This document shows positions 21,520 to 31,188 of a stretch of 64,000 bases of DNA, piece after piece. This stretch comes from Escherichia phage vB_EcoM_Kelasse, in the sequence record MW749001.1. One strand, given 5' to 3'. Position numbers and translations under genes: made by a program. Each line of letters opens with the position of its first letter. Positions within the stretch are counted from its first letter, which is position 1. Under the pieces are notes generated by a model that saw nothing but the letters and a program-made list of their open reading frames with translations, did not search any database and was not told the origin of the DNA.

Positions 21520-23616
21520 TTATCCTTGAACGAACTTGTAAGGCATGTTTGTAATATCTATGCAAGACGCAATAATTCCAAGAGATGATTCTACTTTCTG
21601 TTTAACGTTTGATGAAACAAATGATGCAAAGTCAACTCTGTCTTCTATTTCAATATCACCTGTCATTGCAACCAATTCACCAGTTTCCATTAAATGGTCT
21701 CCATCATAGATTACCGATTCGGTGAGCTCTTCCGTAGTCATAACTTCAGCTTGAATGAGTTTTGTATTATTAGATGTTGTTCCGTCATTATTAGAAGCAT
21801 CAGTTATTTTATTAACTTTGACCATCAATCCACGCGGTAGAATAACTTCAGCTTCTGTTGCTATTCCGAGACTTCCTGGATATACAACATTAACTTTATG
21901 AGCTCCATCAATTGCCCATCCTATTTGAACTTTAACGTATTCAGGATTTTCTTTATACGCTCTTATTTCGTTTGGATTAATAGTTATTCCTTCTTCATTT
22001 TTATCAACTGTTAATTCATTGCGAGCTTCTGGTTCTAAAAGACCAATACCAGCATGTGTAATTCCAAAACGTCCAAAAATGATAGGAGTTAAAGAAGTAG
22101 ATACAAAATTTCTGAAGTAGAACACTTTATTTTTAACTAACGCTTCATATATAGGAGCAGTCATACTTTGAGCACGATAAACTGTAATGCCTTCTGGTAT
22201 ACGGTCACCATTTTCAAAAGCTGAATCTAAGTTATTTATAGCAGATTCAATTTCTTTTTCACTCATTACATCATATCGTTCTGGATTGTAACGACCTAAA
22301 AGAAGATTATTGATGTCAGTATATCCTGAACCGCAATATTCTCTAATGCCACGCTTTTGTGATGGAGTATATTTAGAACCATCGCGGGCAATAGTAATAT
22401 CAATCATTGGACCAGCACCAATTCCAGAAAAACTGTAAATCATTCGTTTGAGGAATTTAGTTTTTGCTGCGTTCCAGGAATTTTTAGTTATTTCTTCCCA
22501 GACTTCATCTGGTTGTCCTTTACGATTTTTATTATGATTAGCAAGCCATTTATCTTTATAATCTTCAAAGAATTGATTTATAGCTGCTGCGTATTTCTCT
22601 AAACATTTTATTGAAGTAGTTGGTTCATTTTTAATTGCATTAAAAATTACTTCTTTAATTTTTTCTGAAACTTCACCGACTTGACTCATTGGAAAGAATT
22701 TATAATCATAGTGAAGTTCATCTGCCGTTCCTTCAGCAATAATTTTTGCTGCCTTTGTTTTAGAAGCTAATGAATTAATTCCAATTTTCATTTCTTCTGC
22801 TTCGGGAATTAAAGGTGCAGTAGCTGGTTTATTAAAATTAGCTGCTGTAGATTCATACTTCTGGAATAATTCACTTTCAAATCTAGAAGATTCCAATGAC
22901 TGGCTTTGTGCAATTGCTCTACGGGAAATTTTAACTTTAACGATTACAGCTTGGTCAGAACGTTTATCATTTTCTTGCGCAATAGATGCTGCAATTGCTT
23001 CATTTTTGGTTACTTGAGCTCCAGTATCTTTATTAATATAAACATCACCGACCTTCGATTCAACCTTAGTAAAGAGCTCGGTACTAATTTCCGGAACCCC
23101 TGGAATGTCTTCTAGTGATACATTTTTGCGATGTATAAGAATATATGCATACTTTTTATCATAATCCCAGAGTTCCTTAAGAAGGACGTATCTGCCACCT
23201 GAACGACTACGGATAAGTCTATCAGCAATAACTTGAATTTGTCGAGCTTGGCCAGCAGTTTTAGACTTAAGAATACGAAGCATACAAGCATCAATTTTAT
23301 ATTGACGCATTGTTTGCATTGCAACAGTAAAAACTGAATTGATATAATTAATTGGGCTTGGACCAAGACCTTTTAATTTAGCAATTGAACCTTTAGCAGT
23401 TAATGTAAAAGGAACAATATGCATCATTTTGTCGCCCATTTTTAAATCACGATTAGTATCACCTCCAGATGTATAGGTACATAAACGAAAGCCTGGTTGT
23501 TCAATTGCATCATCAACATGAACTGAAAAAATTTGTGGTATTTTCTTCTTTGGATTTAAGTTTGTAATCGGAAGAGTAGTATCTTCGTCAAATAATTCTG
23601 TAATGAGTTCCATCAT
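21520..23616 (-). CDS. alt: Alt mono-ADP-ribosyltransferase (virion-packaged), paralog 1
   Basis: 698 aa (MMELITELFD; true start may be second Met at 23613); R-S-E motifs VYRAQ / FVSTSL / EAEVILPRG; TATAAATA late promoter upstream. Confidence 0.85.
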   Translation of the reverse strand: MMELITELFDEDTTLPITNLNPKKKIPQIFSVHVDDAIEQPGFRLCTYTSGGDTNRDLKMGDKMMHIVPFTLTAKGSIAKLKGLGPSPINYINSVFTVAMQTMRQYKIDACMLRILKSKTAGQARQIQVIADRLIRSRSGGRYVLLKELWDYDKKYAYILIHRKNVSLEDIPGVPEISTELFTKVESKVGDVYINKDTGAQVTKNEAIAASIAQENDKRSDQAVIVKVKISRRAIAQSQSLESSRFESELFQKYESTAANFNKPATAPLIPEAEEMKIGINSLASKTKAAKIIAEGTADELHYDYKFFPMSQVGEVSEKIKEVIFNAIKNEPTTSIKCLEKYAAAINQFFEDYKDKWLANHNKNRKGQPDEVWEEITKNSWNAAKTKFLKRMIYSFSGIGAGPMIDITIARDGSKYTPSQKRGIREYCGSGYTDINNLLLGRYNPERYDVMSEKEIESAINNLDSAFENGDRIPEGITVYRAQSMTAPIYEALVKNKVFYFRNFVSTSLTPIIFGRFGITHAGIGLLEPEARNELTVDKNEEGITINPNEIRAYKENPEYVKVQIGWAIDGAHKVNVVYPGSLGIATEAEVILPRGLMVKVNKITDASNNDGTTSNNTKLIQAEVMTTEELTESVIYDGDHLMETGELVAMTGDIEIEDRVDFASFVSSNVKQKVESSLGIIASCIDITNMPYKFVQG

Positions 23617-23636
23617 ATCCTCTCTAGTGTTTATTC

Positions 23637-23644
23637 TATTTATA
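23637..23644 (-). promoter_or_regulatory. late promoter TATAAATA (alt paralog pair)
   Basis: Minus-strand TATAAATA about 20 nt upstream of alt ATG, just after a hairpin. Confidence 0.55.
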
Positions 23645-23665
23645 AAATTAAAGGCCCGAAGGCCT

Positions 23666-23854
23666 TTAATAATCTATTGGTAAGAGAGTACGATATATTT
23701 CAAACTTTGGACCTTTTTCATAGGCATCAAATGTTTCTGTGAATTTATTATAAGCATATGCATCTATAAATTCAATCATGATTTGTGATACAGAAGTAGA
23801 AACATCTCCACCTTCTTTTTGAGCCACGACAATTGTTTCTAAGTAAGCTTTCAT
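23666..23854 (-). CDS. hypothetical protein
   Basis: 62 aa; start overlaps ligase stop (ATGA-type coupling). Confidence 0.45.
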   Translation of the reverse strand: MKAYLETIVVAQKEGGDVSTSVSQIMIEFIDAYAYNKFTETFDAYEKGPKFEIYRTLLPIDY

Positions 23855-25314
23855 AAACCAGTTACCTCATGAAAATCGCCAAATACATCTTCGAACGTAT
23901 TAGCTTTAGTTTTATCTTCACGTAAACGAATCGCAATCGGAAGAAATAATTTAACGTAATCAGTGCGACCATCAGATTTTAACCAACCGTTGCATTCGCA
24001 CTCTAGAATTTTTCCAATATAATAATTTTGATTTTCCATAATGCGAGTACGATCAAGTTCATGCGATTTTACACCGGCTTTATCTTTTAAGCCTGAACCA
24101 GCATTTACTTTAATTTTTCCACACTCTGATTCAAGAACGAAACCACCTGCTTTAGTAGGGTCTTTACGGTGAGGATAAATTCCTACAATTTTTAAATCAA
24201 CATCAATTACTTCTTTAAATTTATAGAGATTTTTTGAACGAGCATTTTCCCATAATCCATCGATATTTTTGAGAATAATACCTTCAAGACCTTGGTCAAT
24301 ATACTTTTTGTAAATTACCTTAGCTTCATCTAGGTTATTTACTACTTGGTTTTCAATTAAAATTACTTTATCATAGCCTGATGTCATTTGTTCTAGTTTA
24401 GAAAAACGTACATCATATTTTAAACGAAATGCTGGAAGACCATATATTTCTACTAATGGAACATAGTCCCAGACCTGAAACTTCATGCATTGTGCTTCTT
24501 TTTCAGAAATGGTTCCCTTTAAAGATTTATTGGCGATGCCATTAGATGCAGTACGTGATTCAGCTACTTCGGCGAATTCTTTAGCTTTACTAATTTCAGG
24601 ATAAGCATCAAAAAGAAAATCTAGGCCTTCTGGTTCCTTTTCAACTTGCTCATGGTATACCAATTCGCCATCAATTAACACACCTTCTGGATGAATCTGG
24701 CGGGCTTCAGCAGTCATTTTGATTAACTCTTCCTTAAGAAGATCTAATCCTAGATATTCATTGCCAGCTCGTGATAAAAGACGAACATCATCTAATTCAT
24801 CACCTCTGACTTCGGCAAAGCACCGAGCTCCATCAGCTTTTAATTGGGCAAAGGCTGGAAATTTGATATTCTTATTAATGCCTTTTTCATCATAAGAACT
24901 TGCCAGCATTTGAGGTTGTTCAGGAATTAAACCTGGCCAAACTTTATTTGCAATAGATACTGATGCACCGCATTCAAGGTCTCGCATCATCACCCGACGC
25001 AAAACTTCAACATCATCTTTTTTACCATCGGTGATGTATCCAGTTAATTCCTCAATCGCCGCATTTCCAGTCAATTTCCGAGTAGCTAACGTGAATTCAA
25101 TGAAGTCAAGCATATCGGTAAGAGTCAACATTCCAAAACTCTGGGTAGCAATACCAGGTTTAGGCCATTTCTTGATATAATACTGTAACCCACGAGAATA
25201 AGTCAGACGATATACTCGTTTAAGCAATTCATTATCTTTATTCTTTTCAAGAATTGCTTGCTTCTGCTTAGTTGAACCAATAGATGCTATTTCGTTCAGA
25301 ATTTTAAGAATCAT
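23851..25314 (-). CDS. 30: ATP-dependent DNA ligase
   Basis: 487 aa MILKILNEIASIGSTKQKQAILEKNKDN; adenylation motif KADGAR. Confidence 0.9.
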   Translation of the reverse strand: MILKILNEIASIGSTKQKQAILEKNKDNELLKRVYRLTYSRGLQYYIKKWPKPGIATQSFGMLTLTDMLDFIEFTLATRKLTGNAAIEELTGYITDGKKDDVEVLRRVMMRDLECGASVSIANKVWPGLIPEQPQMLASSYDEKGINKNIKFPAFAQLKADGARCFAEVRGDELDDVRLLSRAGNEYLGLDLLKEELIKMTAEARQIHPEGVLIDGELVYHEQVEKEPEGLDFLFDAYPEISKAKEFAEVAESRTASNGIANKSLKGTISEKEAQCMKFQVWDYVPLVEIYGLPAFRLKYDVRFSKLEQMTSGYDKVILIENQVVNNLDEAKVIYKKYIDQGLEGIILKNIDGLWENARSKNLYKFKEVIDVDLKIVGIYPHRKDPTKAGGFVLESECGKIKVNAGSGLKDKAGVKSHELDRTRIMENQNYYIGKILECECNGWLKSDGRTDYVKLFLPIAIRLREDKTKANTFEDVFGDFHEVTGL

Positions 25315-25580
25315 TGTTCATCCTTTAGAGTTTGGTTTACAGCTCTATTATAAATCAATTCATCATTAAGCTCAGTCAAAGACCTGTGGTACGTTGTTCT
25401 AACTTTATTTCCTTGCATCCAGTGCTTGACGTAAATGAAACCTTGCTCTACACATTTTTTAAAAATTCGTTCGTCTTTTTGAGCTCGGAATTCTGGATTG
25501 CATCTAAAAAATTGATTTACGTGACCGTAATCACGTGTAGTATTACCTTCATTTTCATAAATAGTGTGAACGACAAACAT
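25311..25580 (-). CDS. hypothetical protein (ligase-downstream cluster)
   Basis: 89 aa, coupled ORF. Confidence 0.5.
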   Translation of the reverse strand: MFVVHTIYENEGNTTRDYGHVNQFFRCNPEFRAQKDERIFKKCVEQGFIYVKHWMQGNKVRTTYHRSLTELNDELIYNRAVNQTLKDEQ

Positions 25581-26419
25581 TAGAATGCTCCTTGGAAAAT
25601 ATTATCACCACTAGTAGGTCTATTATACAAATACTCTATGCCACCAGGTTTAATATAGTTCCATGTCTGAAACGGATGTGTCTGATATGGATGATATAGA
25701 TGATTATAAGGATTAAATCCAGGAGTTCTCCAGGTAGTGTTCCAAGGAAAAGAATCGTTTTTGATCATCTTCTCAATTACATCTTTTATAAATTTTTCAC
25801 TATCAAAACTTTCTTTATTTTCCTTCGATGGAAAAAGCTTATTCTCTACATCATTCCATGTATAAACTCGCTGTGCAGTTTTTGGAATACTGTCACGCTC
25901 TCCTCGAGCCATCCAATAAACTGGAACATTTAATATTTCACTCGCATGATCGCAGTGGTGAGCGAGATCGTCAATATAACAAATTACGTTATATTTCTCT
26001 TTTGCCTTTTTGAACAACTCTTCTTTTGAAGAATCATGACCACACATCAATATTTCTGAGAAGGCACCAGGAAAAAGAGCATTCAAATTAAATTGACGAT
26101 TCAGCAAAGCATCAATAGAATCACCCAATGCTGTAACAGCTACAAAATTATAATCTTCTTTTAATTTGTTAATTACACACAGGGCATCTTTATATGGAGA
26201 CAAGTAACGAATAAAATCTGAACGATTGTATTTTTCAATTAACTTGACGCCAAGTTCTTCATCACAATTAAAGAGTTTACCAGGAGAAATAAATTTCTCA
26301 TCTTGGATCATTTTTAAAATATGTTCTAACGGAAGATTATATTTCTGAGCAAAATAAGGAAGGCCTGATTGCCAGCTTAAACATACTCCATCAATATCAG
26401 TCAAAATAGTAGGCTTCAT
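25580..26419 (-). CDS. hypothetical protein with HAD-like N-terminal motif
   Basis: 279 aa; N-term ILTDIDGV resembles HAD hydrolase motif I. Confidence 0.55.
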   Translation of the reverse strand: MKPTILTDIDGVCLSWQSGLPYFAQKYNLPLEHILKMIQDEKFISPGKLFNCDEELGVKLIEKYNRSDFIRYLSPYKDALCVINKLKEDYNFVAVTALGDSIDALLNRQFNLNALFPGAFSEILMCGHDSSKEELFKKAKEKYNVICYIDDLAHHCDHASEILNVPVYWMARGERDSIPKTAQRVYTWNDVENKLFPSKENKESFDSEKFIKDVIEKMIKNDSFPWNTTWRTPGFNPYNHLYHPYQTHPFQTWNYIKPGGIEYLYNRPTSGDNIFQGAF

Positions 26420-26880
26420 AGAGAGTCTCTTAATAGGTTTAACACATCAATAAATTCAGCTTCGGTTAGTATTGTATCATCTTTTGTTAGACCACTAGCC
26501 ATGCTGTGCTTCAAAACTTTTCCTTTTGAGGCTTGTAAGGCATCACGAAACCCCTTGTTTTGAATCGCTGCTTCAAAATATGCATTTGTATACAACTCTT
26601 TCCACGCTGGGGAGTATCTTGAAAATGGAACTCCCAGCCAGAAGAGGGTCCCACGGTCCTGAGCTCTTGCATAAGACCTTCCAGCTTGTTGGGCGGCAAG
26701 CCCGGATAACCCAAATATACGACGTTGTTGTTCAACATTTTTCACCTTGCACCCTTGGAGGAATCCTTCAAGACCTCCAAATTGAATACCATCCATAACG
26801 AAAGGCCATTTGGCGAAATTACTTAATGCACATGATGGCCACCTAAAATTGCTTCTAATCTCTAACTCAGACATTTTCAA
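26416..26880 (-). CDS. NADAR (YbiA)-family-like protein
   Basis: 154 aa; LSNFAKWPFVMDGIQFGGLEGFLQG pattern resembles YbiA/NADAR core. Confidence 0.55.
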   Translation of the reverse strand: MKMSELEIRSNFRWPSCALSNFAKWPFVMDGIQFGGLEGFLQGCKVKNVEQQRRIFGLSGLAAQQAGRSYARAQDRGTLFWLGVPFSRYSPAWKELYTNAYFEAAIQNKGFRDALQASKGKVLKHSMASGLTKDDTILTEAEFIDVLNLLRDSL

Positions 26881-27073
26881 TGCTTATAATTTCAACATCA
26901 GCCCAATGACCATAGCAAGGAAGACGAAATTCAACTGGCCAGTTAGGGTCCTTTTCTAATATAATAGACTTAACTTGTGGTTCTTCATGTTCATCTGTAT
27001 ACGGATTTTTATCTGTTACTTTATATGTGACCTTAATGTACTGAATTCCAAAAATCTTATTAATTATATTCAT
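26867..27073 (-). CDS. hypothetical protein
   Basis: 68 aa coupled ORF. Confidence 0.45.
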   Translation of the reverse strand: MNIINKIFGIQYIKVTYKVTDKNPYTDEHEEPQVKSIILEKDPNWPVEFRLPCYGHWADVEIISIENV

Positions 27074-27267
27074 ACTAATTCCTTTAATCCATAGATAGGA
27101 GATAATTCATCACCCATACGAAGGTCTTCATTTCCATCTACCCAGGAAACAATATAAGCATCTTTTACTTGAACATCTCCCAATTTAAATGCAGGTAAAA
27201 CCTTAGAAATTAATCCAGGTATACCAACTCCCTTTAATTCAACAGTTTGACCTAAAAAGAATTTCAT
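27070..27267 (-). CDS. hypothetical protein
   Basis: 65 aa coupled ORF. Confidence 0.45.
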   Translation of the reverse strand: MKFFLGQTVELKGVGIPGLISKVLPAFKLGDVQVKDAYIVSWVDGNEDLRMGDELSPIYGLKELV

Positions 27268-27554
27268 TAGAACCTCATCTGAAAACCATGCGATTTAACA
27301 TTACCGCCGCCAATATCAGAAATGTTAATTTCACGCGCAATTGAAGGGTCAATGTCAATTTCACGATTAAGTTTAGTGATAGCTAAAGTATCGCGGCCAT
27401 TTACAGTACGGAACTCTAAAGGGCAGACTACATTAACATAGTTTTTAATCGATTCACTAGTAGGCTGCAAATGAGCAGGAAGGTCTTTAGGTGCCTTAGA
27501 GAAAACCACTTCACAGAAATTTTTGCGGGTATCAAAATAAGTAGTCATAAACAT
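27267..27554 (-). CDS. hypothetical protein
   Basis: 95 aa ORF. Confidence 0.5.
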   Translation of the reverse strand: MFMTTYFDTRKNFCEVVFSKAPKDLPAHLQPTSESIKNYVNVVCPLEFRTVNGRDTLAITKLNREIDIDPSIAREINISDIGGGNVKSHGFQMRF

Positions 27555-27595
27555 AGTATTTTCCTCAGTAAGGGGCCGAAGCCCCTCATTTTATT

Positions 27596-27961
27596 TTAAA
27601 TATCAAATTCGTTAAGAACTACATCAAAGATTGCTTCCAGATGCTCAGGTTTAGCTCTGTTACTCAGAATATGACGAATCCAAGTTTTAACCAGAAGCTT
27701 GCGATTAACGCCATTCCAGCAAGGATGAGTCCCTAAATCGCGTTGACGGAAATCATCATCCAGAGCGATTTTAAAGTTGGAACCTTCCATTGTGATTGAA
27801 ACCGTAATGCCATTTTCAAATCGCATATAAACGTAGTTAGGAGTCATATACTGTTCAATTTCGCATACTGATCCATTTTGATGTTTCCAAAGGCAAATAG
27901 TATCAATAGAACCTGCAATACCATTAGAAACATATTTACGTTCAAAGTTGATGTAGTTCAT
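27596..27961 (-). CDS. hypothetical protein
   Basis: 121 aa ORF. Confidence 0.5.
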   Translation of the reverse strand: MNYINFERKYVSNGIAGSIDTICLWKHQNGSVCEIEQYMTPNYVYMRFENGITVSITMEGSNFKIALDDDFRQRDLGTHPCWNGVNRKLLVKTWIRHILSNRAKPEHLEAIFDVVLNEFDI

Positions 27962-28029
27962 TTTTATTCTCCGAGATGTTTAATTGCGGTACAGGTATAT
28001 AATATCATATCCTGTACCAAAGTAAACAA

Positions 28030-28362
28030 TTATTTTACTACTTTCCAGTGCTGCATGTCAAGTTTACCGACTTTTTTCATCTTCTCAATTAAACGTTCGG
28101 CACGTTGGCGAGCTGTAACATAATACCATTCACCTAATTCATTTTGTTCAATTTTTCCAACGATTACTGTATTCAATTCATAAATCCAACCAGTAAAGAA
28201 ATTATGAACTTGAATTGTAAAGGTGAAATCTGTTCCCATACCTTCTGCTGTTTCTACTTCAATAATATCACCTTCAACTGCCATTAAAAACCACATAGTT
28301 TCATCATATTTACCATTGAAGCATTTAGTTTTAACTGCAGCGTTCAGATTAATCGTTTTCAT
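28030..28362 (-). CDS. hypothetical protein
   Basis: 110 aa ORF. Confidence 0.5.
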   Translation of the reverse strand: MKTINLNAAVKTKCFNGKYDETMWFLMAVEGDIIEVETAEGMGTDFTFTIQVHNFFTGWIYELNTVIVGKIEQNELGEWYYVTARQRAERLIEKMKKVGKLDMQHWKVVK

Positions 28363-28449
28363 TTTATTCTCCTTTGTTTGTGTAAGATAATACTATCACA
28401 AAGGAGCTATACTGTAAACAACTTTATGCAATCTTTGGAAAATAAAAAA

Positions 28450-28467
28450 GGACTCCCGAAGGAGTCC
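28450..28467 (-). terminator. intrinsic terminator after small basic protein gene
   Basis: GGACTCC-CGAA-GGAGTCC; minus strand followed by TTTTTTATTTT. Confidence 0.7.
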
Positions 28468-28472
28468 TCAAC

Positions 28473-28649
28473 TTATGCTTTCTGCTTACCAAAACGAGAA
28501 GCATCATCTCGAAGAACCGCACGTGCTCGGCGCATGATCTTCTCAACAGTTTGATTGATACGAGAGTTCGACCCACGCTTGTAGCCAGCGCGTTTAGAAT
28601 CACCAACTTTCTTTTCAACTGCTTTCTTTGCTTTAACCTGTTTTGCCAT
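28473..28649 (-). CDS. small lysine/arginine-rich protein
   Basis: 58 aa from MAKQVKAKKAVEKKVGDSKRAGYKRGS; strong terminator hairpin immediately downstream. Confidence 0.5.
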   Translation of the reverse strand: MAKQVKAKKAVEKKVGDSKRAGYKRGSNSRINQTVEKIMRRARAVLRDDASRFGKQKA

Positions 28650-28938
28650 TATAAATTCTCTTTTAAATGAAAATGCAGGACTTATTGGCATTGCCTGCGC
28701 AAGCCCTCAAGGGGAACATAGGTTTTTGGATATTTAACGACCAGGATAACCATAAACCCGTCATCATACCACCAAGACTTACACAGATAACACTTTTCTG
28801 ACGCATGATAGTAACATTCAAGAGGTACACCATAAAACTGCCGGGGTCTTAAAACTATAATGATTCGCAAATCATTAATCAGACAGTTCGATGGCTCCTC
28901 GATTTTAGCTCACACTAAGGCAGTGAATCTCCAATAAA

Positions 28939-29187
28939 TTACTTCAGTGTTACCACAAAGTGACGAACTGCTTTTCGTGCAGCAGAAGCCAAAGGCTTAG
29001 CATATTTAAGTTCATCTTTTTCCTGAAGCTCAGCAGCTAATGCAGTTTGAGCAGGATTCAGATGTTTGAAATAACGCAGGATTTCAAGAGCTTCGGCTTC
29101 AACATCAATAGATGCGCCATAGTTTTCGTGACCATTATTCCATGCGTTTCGTTGCAGTTCAAGAGCGTGTTGTAATTGTTTAATCAT
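28939..29187 (-). CDS. rIII: lysis inhibition accessory protein rIII
   Basis: 82 aa MIKQLQHALELQRNAWNNGHENYGASIDVEAEALEIL; downstream of gene 31. Confidence 0.8.
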   Translation of the reverse strand: MIKQLQHALELQRNAWNNGHENYGASIDVEAEALEILRYFKHLNPAQTALAAELQEKDELKYAKPLASAARKAVRHFVVTLK

Positions 29188-29326
29188 TTAAAAATTCTCG
29201 TTAGAGATTAAAACTCGGTAGTTACGTTCTTCTGAATTTCATCTTCTTTCGACAGATCTCTCAGTTGTAGACTACCACATAGAATTGTTCGGTTAACTTA
29301 TTATTCCGACACCCAATTCATATTAT

Positions 29327-29334
29327 TATTTATA
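29327..29334 (-). promoter_or_regulatory. late promoter TATAAATA (rIII leader)
   Basis: Minus-strand TATAAATA right after gene 31 stop, about 140 nt upstream of rIII. Confidence 0.4.
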
Positions 29335-29670
29335 TCACTTATAAAGACACGGAATAGCTTTATAATGACAGGTAACGAATTTTTGTTTAATTTCTTTTGG
29401 CTGCTTAAGACCCAGAGCTACAAAAGGATGCGGAACGTTTCGAATTTGACCAACTGGAAGAGAAGTCAAATCACCAACTTCACAAAAACCTTCAGGAACA
29501 TCAGGACCGACAGAGTGAATTACACACAGTTCAGGAACTTCACCTTGAACACGTTTACCGATAATAAGTCCTGATTCTGTAACTTCTTCATCACCGGCTT
29601 GTGCAGGTTCAGAAACTAAAATAACATATTCACCGACAGCACGAATTGGTAGCTGTTGTACTTCAGACAT
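29335..29670 (-). CDS. 31: co-chaperonin for GroEL (capsid folding)
   Basis: 111 aa [38 protein letters not shown], GroES-like. Confidence 0.85.
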   Translation of the reverse strand: MSEVQQLPIRAVGEYVILVSEPAQAGDEEVTESGLIIGKRVQGEVPELCVIHSVGPDVPEGFCEVGDLTSLPVGQIRNVPHPFVALGLKQPKEIKQKFVTCHYKAIPCLYK

Positions 29671-29726
29671 CGTTTTTCCTTTTTGCTAACAGATGAATTA
29701 ATAATAACAAATAATTCTTAAAGCAT

Positions 29727-30035
29727 TTATTTACCAATAAATTGAAGCAAATGCTCAACTTTCATACCATTAACAGAAATCAATTTGTCAATAGAAAAAC
29801 CTCGCCATGCACCAAGTTCAACATCAAATACTGGAATCATGTCAGTAGATTCTTTCCGAGTAGATTCAGTCAATTTACCGGTTTGCATGGTTGGCATAAA
29901 GTCTGCATCACGAGTACCTTTCATAGTACGAATAGTACCATCAGACTTTTCAAAAACTACGTTTGAAACACCCATGGACAATTTAGTTTTCAAAATTTCG
30001 CGAATTGCTACTTTCTGCTCAGTTGTCAGTTTCAT
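29727..30035 (-). CDS. hypothetical protein
   Basis: 102 aa ORF between 31 and cd. Confidence 0.5.
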   Translation of the reverse strand: MKLTTEQKVAIREILKTKLSMGVSNVVFEKSDGTIRTMKGTRDADFMPTMQTGKLTESTRKESTDMIPVFDVELGAWRGFSIDKLISVNGMKVEHLLQFIGK

Positions 30036-30272
30036 TTATTTACCTATCACAGTTTTAATATGAGTTGTTCCACGTTCTTTAAGGGTGGAAAGTAATTTTT
30101 GGCATTTTTCTAAATCAGATTTCCAACTATATGGTCTATCAATACTAGTCCAATCAGTTTTATAATACTGTTTCCATTTAGAGAAAAAATATTTCTTATA
30201 CTCTACAGCAAATGAGATGTTCTCGTTAGAATAAGAACTAATTGCTGTGAGCTTTACCAAACGAAATTTCAT
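30036..30272 (-). CDS. hypothetical protein
   Basis: 78 aa ORF, coupled to cd. Confidence 0.5.
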   Translation of the reverse strand: MKFRLVKLTAISSYSNENISFAVEYKKYFFSKWKQYYKTDWTSIDRPYSWKSDLEKCQKLLSTLKERGTTHIKTVIGK

Positions 30273-30853
30273 TATTCACCACAGAATTCGTTGATATTTT
30301 CCCAGTTTAACTTATTCAAGTTTTTCTTAGGAACATTAAACACTTCAATACCTGCATTTCGCAGAATATCATCCCAGCCAGGTTTATTTTTATCGTATGT
30401 TTCGCAATAAACCAGCTTTTTAATACCAGATTGAGCTATCGCTTTTGCACAATCTGGACAAGGAGAAAGTGTTACATACATAGTAGCACCTTCAATAGAA
30501 GAACCATTTCGTGCAGCAAACAAAATTGCATTTAGTTCAGCATGAATTTCATTTTTAGACGACCATTCAGAGTGAGCGCTACGGTGTTCTTTCGCCAAGA
30601 CAAAGCGATCAGTTGAACCAAATGATACGCATTCAGGCTTATAGCCTTGGATGATAGTATGTTTAGGTTTATTCAGCAACCAACCTTGCTCAGCGGCATA
30701 ATCACAACAGTTCACACCTCCTGCGGGTGAACCATTATACCCAGTAGAAATAATACGTCCATTCTTTTCAATTACTGCTCCTACCTTCCAGGAGCAACAT
30801 TTTGATTCTTGTGATACTAAATATGCAATTTGAAGTACTGTACTCGCTTTCAT
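30272..30853 (-). CDS. cd: dCMP deaminase
   Basis: 193 aa; zinc-binding deaminase motifs HAELNA and PCPDCA. Confidence 0.9.
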   Translation of the reverse strand: MKASTVLQIAYLVSQESKCCSWKVGAVIEKNGRIISTGYNGSPAGGVNCCDYAAEQGWLLNKPKHTIIQGYKPECVSFGSTDRFVLAKEHRSAHSEWSSKNEIHAELNAILFAARNGSSIEGATMYVTLSPCPDCAKAIAQSGIKKLVYCETYDKNKPGWDDILRNAGIEVFNVPKKNLNKLNWENINEFCGE

Positions 30854-31188
30854 TTCATAATCACCAGATAAGCAGATTTAGCAGTTTCAACACGATAAAT
30901 TTCGTGACGAAGTTTAGTTATACTTTTAATAACAGAACTAATTATATTCTGCCCATCTTTAAAGCGGTTTTTCTTATCAATAAAAATTGCGCCAACCATC
31001 TTTTTGTGAAGCTCAACTGGATACTTCGTCACAATAATAGCATCATATACGGAAGGATGAATACTATTCACCAGAGTGTCATTCATTAAAGTTATTCTAA
31101 TGAACTGAGCTGTTTCAGAGTCAAGCGCTCTATGATCGCCAGTATCATTTTCAAGACAATTATCAATTATATCAGTTAAATTCATCAT
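30850..31188 (-). CDS. hypothetical protein (cd-pseT cluster)
   Basis: 112 aa. Confidence 0.45.
   Translation of the reverse strand: MMNLTDIIDNCLENDTGDHRALDSETAQFIRITLMNDTLVNSIHPSVYDAIIVTKYPVELHKKMVGAIFIDKKNRFKDGQNIISSVIKSITKLRHEIYRVETAKSAYLVIMK

Noticed and set aside
28682-28870. 62-aa Cys-rich ORF from the six-frame track
   Set aside because: Begins at TTG with no SD; a second frame is also open over the same span; treated as a possible noncoding region (see finding) rather than a confident CDS.
28880-28900. tRNA-like T-loop motif (GTTCGAT) in the rIII-proximal gap
   Set aside because: No flanking complementary stems for a T-arm or acceptor stem could be found by eye; not a tRNA.
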